A DNA stretch of 64,000 nucleotides from assembly GCA_965153285.1 (NCBI GenBank), contig OZ229113.1; one strand, 5' to 3'. The notes below the pieces were generated by a model. It was given only the letters and a program-made list of their open reading frames with translations, did not search any database and was not told the DNA's origin. How positions within the stretch are numbered: position 1 is the first letter of the stretch; each line of letters opens with the position of its first letter. The translations under genes and the position numbers were made by a program. This stretch comes from Podarcis tiliguerta (taxonomy: Eukaryota). Below, one piece after another: positions 56,436 to 64,000 of this stretch.

Positions 56436-56899
56436 AGATTAAAATTTAAAAATACTTTTTGTAGCTGCGATAGTTTTGGAGTAGTCACACTGCTTCATTT
56501 TCAGTCAGTGCATATTCTGTAACTTCCTGCTGAAATCCTGAAACTTTTTAATATTATAAAAGTTCTGGGCTTTTCCCTGCTTTTGGTGTGCTACAGCCCC
56601 ACTTGCAATAATGTGGTAGCACTGTGGAAGCACCACAAGATAAACTAAAGCAGAATTAATCAAATACTAATGCACTAGTATTGTGTCAAGTATATATAGC
56701 AGAACACATAGAAAAATACCTATCTGGAGGGGTCTGAGTTCAAAAAGCAGTCTTTTCAAGCTTTATAGATGTATATCCATAGATATATTTTCATTGTTAA
56801 GATTTTCAAGTTCATGTGTTTGAAGATTTCTAGGGCAATCATGTTTATTTATCAAAAGTACTGTATCTGTCTTCCTGTCTTCCTTGCTACCACTTGAAC

Positions 56900-57660
56900 C
56901 TGGTGCTAGTCAGTCGTCTACAATTAAGAACATTTTAAAACAATCACATAACCTCACAACTAGTAATTTCAAGGTTGCCAGAAACAGTATATTTCAGCCA
57001 TCAAATGCTTGAGCAAGCAAGAATGTTTTGATATTGCCCCTGAATATTAATAATGAGGAAGACAGACACACATTGGCAAGGAGTGCATTTCACAAACAAT
57101 TATTTTAGGTGCTTTGGTCCCAAGTCACTTAGGGCTTTGTTCACTAGTGCTAACAACTTGAATTGGCCCAGTAGCTCCCTAGAAACCAGTGCAGTGCTTT
57201 TGGGACCAGTGGCACATGGTCCTACACTAGCTTGCAGCTTCTAGGCCATCTTAAGGGGCAGCTCTATGTAAATCACATTACAGTAGACTAGCTTGGAGGT
57301 CACTAGAGCATGGGCAACTGAAGCTAGGCTCTCTCAGTCCAGTAATGGCTGCAGCTAGTGAACCATGCTAACCACAAAGGCCACTAGGGACTCCAACGAA
57401 AGATTGGAATCCAGGAGTACTCAAAGACGACAAATCCTTCTATAACAGCTCATCCATCTAATTACTAGACACAAGAACTGCCCGGCCAAAGCACCTCTGT
57501 CTTATAGATTGGCCCCCAGTCCAGCCCATCACTGCTTCCAGGCATCAATCCAGCCTCTCCTGATTAAGAGGGAATGGAGAGATAGCATATTGACATTGTG
57601 CTCCAGATCTTTGGATGGAAGCTCTGAACAGCTTCTTACAGATGTTGAATAGAACAAGAC
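56900..57660 (-). mobile_element. L2-clade LINE fragment (RT core to 3' end), decayed
   Basis: Translates VLFNICKKLFRASIQRSGAQCQYA (the DD of the YADD motif is deleted) and LASVAHALVTSKLVYCNVIYIELPLKMA*KLQ. Confidence 0.8.
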
Positions 57661-57904
57661 AAATAATGTGTTGAAGGAACTGGACATGGAGGGAGGAGTT
57701 AATTTCCTTCATGGTCACACATCACCCAATGTATGAGATAAGCCAAAAGATGCAAGGGCTGCCAAGCCAGCTGAGATGGCAGTGGCCCAGTGCCATCTAT
57801 ATAAGTGATGAAGGCATGACAGCTCTTTAGTCAATGAATTTGTCTGTGAATTGGGGTCTGTAATACATCTTGGAATTGCTGGAGCAATAGAAATACTTTC
57901 TACT

Positions 57905-57993
57905 TGTGTATATATGTGTATATGTGTGTGTGTGCGCGCGTGTGTGCGTGCGTGCGCATATACATATACATATATATATATATATATATGTAT
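57905..57993. repeat. Compound (TG)/(CG)/(TA) alternating purine-pyrimidine microsatellite
   Basis: Directly visible. Confidence 0.95.
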
Positions 57994-58069
57994 CTGTGTT
58001 TGCAAAGCCTACAAGCTATATGTATAGATCAGTGTCCGGAACTGTAATACTGAATACCCTGTCCTGTAA

Positions 58070-58453
58070 GGTAATGGTAAAGCTAAAGGACCCCTGGACA
58101 GTTAAGTCCAGTCAAACTTGACTATGGAGTGTGATGCTCATCTTGCTTCAGGCCAAGGGAGCTGGCATTTGTCCGCAGACAGCTTTCTGGGCCATGTGGC
58201 CAGCATGACTAAACCGCTTCTGGTGCAACGGAACACCGTCACGAGTGCCAGAGCGCATGGAAATGCCATTTACCTTCCCAATGCAGCGGTACCTATTTAT
58301 TTACTCGCGCTGGTATGCTTTTCAACAGCTAGGTTGGCAAGAGGTGGGACGGAGCAATGGGGGCTCACCCTGTCGTGCACACTTGAACTGCTTACCTTCT
58401 GATCGGCAAGCCCAAAAGGCTCAGTGGTTTAGACCACAGCGCAACCTGCTCCC
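58070..58453 (-). mobile_element. Sauria/Squam1 SINE (older copy)
   Basis: Degenerate (AAAGGT)n tail and body homologous to the other three copies. TSD TCCTGTAA at 58062-58069 and 58456-58463. Confidence 0.9.
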
Positions 58454-59214
58454 TTTCCTGTAACATGGGCTGGAAGTTCCCCTCTTTTCCCATTTGGTTT
58501 GCAATATCAAACTACCAGTGCTGGATAGAAGGGCTGATGACACCGTAGGTTACGGGGAAGTCACATTCATTGCTCTACATTTGTATGCAGCCTTTGTCTC
58601 CGCTGCCATCACAATGCATTACCATTGTCCTTAGAAAGAGGTTAGGAAGATTAGATGCAGAAGTTCTGATGGCCAACAGTGTGATGAAAAAAGACAGACA
58701 AATTCATAGAACATAGCAATGTCGAGAGTTATTAAACAAGACCAGAGTGCTAGGAGTGGTGCTTTGATTGTTCCAAAAAATGGGAGTGTGTGAAAGAGCA
58801 TAAAAAGTGCTGTTAAACACTTCCTCTAGCATTTAGATCTACCGACTGGTGAAAATAGTTACTGGATTGGATGGGCCACTGATCTGAATCATTCAGGCTG
58901 TGTGCGTACTTAAATCCAGTATATAGATTTTTGAACATTAAGTTTAAAATTGATAGGCTGTTTTGAAATATATGCACTGCAACCCATTAGCTCAGTCTTC
59001 TTTAGCTCACTTTTATATGAGTAATTGAGAGGTCATCTGCTGCAGCAGGCAATAAACGTTTCTCTGGAACTCTGTTTGCTTCTCATTATTAACATAATCA
59101 CAGCTGTGTTCTCCAGTGGGTGCAAACTCATAGGGAATAGCAGATAACTTAATAATAACAATAAATCTTTCACTGCTAAATCTAAGGAAAATGAAATGTT
59201 AAAGCAGGTCATGC

Positions 59215-59330
59215 TAAACCTGGCATCCTCCACATGTTGTAAGATTCCCAGAAGCCCCAGCCAGCATAGCTAGTGGTCAGGGGTGATAGGAGTTGTAGTT
59301 CAGCAGCATCTGAAAGGCCAAAGGTTGGCA
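59215..59330. mobile_element. Palindromic MITE, same family
   Basis: cccagaagccccagccagcat...ggtcaggggtgataggagttgtagttcagcagcatctg. Confidence 0.65.
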
Positions 59331-59344
59331 TTTCACCAAAACAC

Positions 59345-59580
59345 CCCAGCATCCCTATCTGTTTGACATCTAATGGGAGGGTGTTCCACAGTGGCAGGAG
59401 CCACTACTGAGAAGGCCCTCTGCCCGGTTCCCTGTAACTTCACTTATCGCAGTGAGGGAACCACTGGAGGTGGATCTCAGTGTCCAGGCTGAACAATGGG
59501 GGTGGAGACGCTCCTTCAGGTATTCAGGGCTGAGGCTGTTTAGGGCTCTAAAGGTCAGCACTAACACTTTGAATTTGAGA
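59345..59580 (-). mobile_element. L2 LINE 3' fragment
   Basis: FKVLVLTFRALNSLSPEYLKERLHPH..RS C-terminal L2 motif, homologous to 63825-64000. Confidence 0.85.
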
Positions 59581-61369
59581 GGGGGAAGGACCACTTGGGG
59601 AATTCCAGCCAGGCTCCAGTGCAGGGACAGAGCCTCAGGGGGTGCCACTGAAAGATGAAGATCAATGGATGAGCATCTGGTGGGAGGGTCTCAGGAGGTT
59701 TTCCCATATGTGTCTCATTCTTTCCAATCTTAAATTCAGATGTGTGGAATTCAAAGAATAGCTGTGTTTCAATTGGCTTACTGTTCTGTGTGGATTAGGC
59801 AGGTTCACATTAAAATGCAAACAAAACTGAATCTCCCCCCCCCCCACACACATCCATGTTGGGCACTGACCTGTACCTTTCACAGGTGCAGACAGGGTGC
59901 ATAGGTGTAGCTGAACAACACAAATCCCAATTGAATAGACTTTGAACATGGCATGGAAGGAATTTGTATGTAGGAATGTTCATCTGCATTTTATCCACAA
60001 TACTATAATTTGGCTGCCAAATATGAACCTGAACTCAAAGTGCAGATGCTTCAGAAAACAAAGGCATATTTTCAGGACCAAATTCTCTCAGAGCAAAGCA
60101 ATTATGAACCACTCTGTCATATTGTTGTGAGCCTCAAGGCAGTTTGGAATGCCAGTAGAACATTACAAAGGTGAACCCGGTTCGAGTGTCCCATTTTGAT
60201 GACACTTTGCTTCAGAGCCATCATATTGAAAGGGAACAGCCATGTAATGAAAGCCCATGTTCCTTCTGTAAGGTACTAACAGAGAGGGACCACACAAGCC
60301 CGCAGAGCCTATTTGATTATTCTCCCATAATTTTCTGGTGTGATCACCTCAAGTTCTCATTATGAATAATTCACAGCTAAACAGCTTGAGTGTGAAGTGG
60401 GGACATTCAGAGCAGACAGAGAAGCTGAGTCATCCCAAGGATATGGTTGTTTATCACATTTTGAACAATGCACTTCAAGAATCATTCTCTTCTTTAGAAT
60501 AAGACAGTCAATTTTACTGGGGCCTCTACAAAGATGAAATCTGTAAGAACTGCAAGACAATGTTCCTTTTATATAGTGGTGTGTGTATATTGCTGTTTTT
60601 TTTTACTTTAGAGAGCCTTACATGTTTAACTTCAAAAGAAAAACAAAGATCTTGCTATCTGTGTTAAGTGCTCTTTTGAATGCCATAATTTGAAGTCTAG
60701 AACTTGTACACTCTAACCAGTTCTGACAACATAGGACTTATTCATTTCAATGTACTTTTTGACGTGACATAATTTGTAAACCAAGCTAGCCATTCTCAAA
60801 CAAGGGAGGCTGATACTGGCAAAAGGAATTGTGAACTGCACATTCCAGGGTCATAATCTCCTTCTTAGCTGTAATTTTACTCTTCTTTATAACTTGAAGA
60901 CATAAAAAGATCCATTTTATGGCCGTTCTATAATGTCATCTGCTAATGTAAGGTTAAAAATGGTGACTATAATGTCACAAGATAAAAGTAGACTGGAATT
61001 TCTACATAATTGAAGCTGGTCTGATTCTCCTCCCCTAAACGGCATACGAAAATCTAAAAGATATCAGCTGTGGATTTACAACAGTATATGTAGAAGAAGA
61101 ATAACCAGCCACTTACTGTTTGAATTCCCACATCAGAGGGGTTTCTATAGAACTCTGGATATTGCTATTATGACAAAATTAATGTATCATATGCAAGTTC
61201 AGGCAGGACTTGTTACATAAAGAAAAAGTACAAAGAAATGAACAATGTCTGCATTATTCTAGAATGACAAATAACAAAATACATTATGCTAGTACTACTT
61301 TCTGGAAATGACCCAGCAGGCAGGAGAGGAATTACCGTAATATAGGGCCTCCAGCTCCCACCCTGAGTT

Positions 61370-62110
61370 GTTCCAGAAGGATACCATGGTCAATGCTAGC
61401 AAAAGCTGCTGAGAGATCAAGGAGGACCTACAGGGTTGCACTCCCCCTGTCTCTCTCCAAATAGAGGTAATCAAACAGGGCAGACAAGGCTGTTTCAGTG
61501 CTAAAACCAGACCTGAAACAGGACTGGCATGGATCCATATAATTTGCTTCCTCCAAGTATACTTGCAGCTAGTCAGCTACCAGCCTCTCAGTTATCTTCC
61601 CCAATAAAGGAATAGTAGAGACTGGATGGTAGTTTTCTAAAACCTCTGGATCCAAGGAGGGCTTTTTCAAGAAGGGGATAGTTGCTGGCTTTTGCAAGGC
61701 AGTGGCCATTAGTCCCTCCCATAATGAGGCATTAACTACTTCCTGGACCCATCCTGTCAATCTCCTTCTACTAGATTTTCATGAGCCCTTGTGGACAGGG
61801 ACTCGGAGGGCACCATAGTCAGCCACACAGCAATGAGTGTCCTGTTTACATCATCGGGCTTCAACATCTGAAACTGATTCCACATATTACAACTCAATAG
61901 CACTCCTAAGACCTCCAGCTGGCCTGGACTAACAGTGGCATCAAGCTTGGCACAGATTTGAGCAATTTTGCCCTCAAAGTGCTTTGCAAATCTTTCACAT
62001 CAGGCTATTGAATGTATTGCCCTGCACCATCCTAGTTACCGCTCTAAACAGCTCTGTTGGGTGGTTCACTGAAGACTCACTGAAGGTCAGGCACAGGTTT
62101 TGACAAACCC
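61370..62110 (-). mobile_element. L2-clade LINE ORF2 fragment (RT N-terminal part), decayed
   Basis: Translates ...FLKKPSLDPEVLENYHPVSTIPLLGKITERLVA, then after frameshifts QSCFRSGFSTETAL and LLDLSAAF. These are non-LTR RT motifs. Confidence 0.9.
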
Positions 62111-63279
62111 CCTCTATTTCACTTTATTGGGTATTCTTCTCTCACATGTAGCCTTCCTCTCAACTCTGCTTACTGAGCATGGACTTGTAATATTTAAGGA
62201 TGCTCCTGGCCCAACTAAGGTAGCATGGTGCATTAGAGAATGGCAGCAGTGGAATTACTTAGCTATATCTGTTCATAATTCCCTTTCATTTCAGCACTCA
62301 AGAGACCTCCAATTTACTGGAAGGTGGTACACATCACAACAACGATTAATAATGCTTTAATTGTAAATGAGAACATTGGTGTTAGACAAAGGTTTTTAGA
62401 CACATTCCTTGCCAGCTGAAACCAATTGTGTTTTCTCTTTGTGCAGTGCCCCTGCTAGACTAAACGTATGCAATTTTTCCATTTTTAATCCTTATCAGCT
62501 CCAGGCAAAATTCACCATAGATTGTCAGGTATTGGGTAACCTCTGACTTAGGAAATGTAATATCTGCTTAGAATGTGTTCTGGTTTTTTGCCATTTGGGG
62601 GAACAGTACTCTTATGTCCTCAGTTTCTTGAGCAGTTTCAAGAAATAAATGAAGAATACAGTTTGTTTCAGGAAGATACATTCTTCATCTGTTGAGCTCT
62701 CCTAAAGTATTCTGTTTCTGATTAAAACATATGGCTAGTTTCATGTTCTATTGGTAGCTCACTGTGCTAGAATGATGCCAGTACAGTCCAAAAATTTTGT
62801 TTGCACAGCTCAGAGAGCCTTCCTTCATTGCCTTACATAATTTATTTTTTTCTGTATATTAAAATACTGCACGAAAATCTCTAGTTAGATCCAGAGAACT
62901 AAAAGTAAGTCAGAATATAACCTACTCATCTTCATCCCCAAGTAGTTCTCCAATAATAATGTTATGCCAGTAAAATGGTCATTACATGATCTGACATTTG
63001 ACAATTCATGGTAGGTCAAAAATCAATAGGAAATATTTATCCTACTTTTAGCTATACTTAGGTTGATTTGAATACGAATGAACACCACACAGGTCCTGTC
63101 TGCAATAGTATTTTCAAATTCAATAATATCACATGCTTACTTTCATTAAAGTACAGAGTTTAAGAGCTGGGTAAATTTATCATAGAAAACAGTTTTAAAA
63201 ATATTATTAATAGCACTGATCAAGTTGCATAGCGTGCCACCTCCCACCAACATCTGCAAATATTGCCATTGGACTGTAG

Positions 63280-63485
63280 CAGAGCTTTCCGAACTGTGTG
63301 TCGAGACACATTAGTGTGTCGGCTGCAGTGTGTAAGTATGTTGTGCGAACGCTCCCCACGCTCCTCCTGGGGCTGGAAAGGGATTAGTTTAACCTTTGGT
63401 TTGCTAGTGAAACTGAATTATTGTGTCGTGCAATGATGCATGTCTAAAAAGTGTGTCACCAACATGAAAAGTTTGGAAAGCTCTG
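63280..63485. mobile_element. hAT-superfamily MITE
   Basis: 16-bp TIRs CAGAGCTTTCCgAACT / AGTTTGGAAAGCTCTG and 8-bp TSD gactgtag / ggctatag (6 of 8 identical). Confidence 0.85.
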
Positions 63486-63824
63486 GGCTATAGTTTCTGA
63501 ATAGACTTTAATAACAAACCCATGTAGAGTTCATGCTCACAAAATTATGGCTGACAGGTCAAAATTGAAGAGAGCAGGTTACAGCCTTTTCATCAGATGG
63601 GATCCCTAATGTCTCTTTTTTGCCACTGATGAGTGAGAAGAATAGAACGAGGAGCCAATTTATTAAAGCCCAAATGCTGCTCCCAGAAGATAGGAACATG
63701 CACCCATGTATCGGATGGACTACCTTGACACTTTGTTTGGACAGCAGTTCACCTAAGAACATTGTCATTCCCTGGATGGAACAAGAGCAACAGTGCTGTG
63801 CTATCATGCTTCCTCCGAGGGTCT

Positions 63825-64000
63825 TCTGCTGGTTCCCTCACTGTGAGAAGCGAAGTTACAGGGAACCAGGCAAAGGGCCTTCTCAGAAGTGGCGCCCTCC
63901 CTGTGGAACACCCTCCCATCAGATGTCAAGGAGATAAATAACTGCATAACTTTTACAAGACATCTGAAGGCAGCCTTGTATTGGGAAGTTTTTTATGTTT
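63825..64000 (+). mobile_element. L2 LINE 3' fragment running off the window
   Basis: gaagttacagggaaccaggcaaagggccttctc...ctgtggaacaccctcccatcagatgtcaa matches the reverse complement of 59365-59460. Confidence 0.85.

Noticed and set aside
58530-58565. Hammerhead-like CTGATGA plus hairpin (also CTGATGA near 25487)
   Set aside because: Followed by GAAG rather than the required GAAA, and no stems I/III are evident. The 25487 site lacks GAAA altogether.

Overview
Vertebrate genomic DNA, almost certainly a squamate and probably a lacertid lizard, inferred from its Sauria/Squam1, Squam2 and Squam3 SINEs. The only protein-coding gene I can support is CNKSR2 on the minus strand. Coding exon 1 (14218-14155, 64 nt) lies in a ~1.8 kb CpG island. 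A 13.2 kb GT-AG intron follows, then exon 2 (937-774, 164 nt), which completes the SAM domain; the gene continues off the left edge. The ~49 kb to the right of the promoter is intergenic. It holds tRNA-derived SINEs, decayed L2 and CR1 LINE fragments, Tc1/mariner-, hAT- and Harbinger-like MITEs, microsatellites, and several non-repetitive blocks that look like conserved enhancers. I found no convincing new multi-gene system. The best leads are a MITE inserted in reverse orientation into its own family member, a MITE whose empty site survives in an adjacent tandem duplicate, a pre-miRNA-sized intronic hairpin, a ~140-bp degenerate intronic tandem array, translational-control features in the CNKSR2 leader, and a cryptic acceptor that could give a SAM-only isoform. 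Repeat family names come from recalled consensus features, not a database search.
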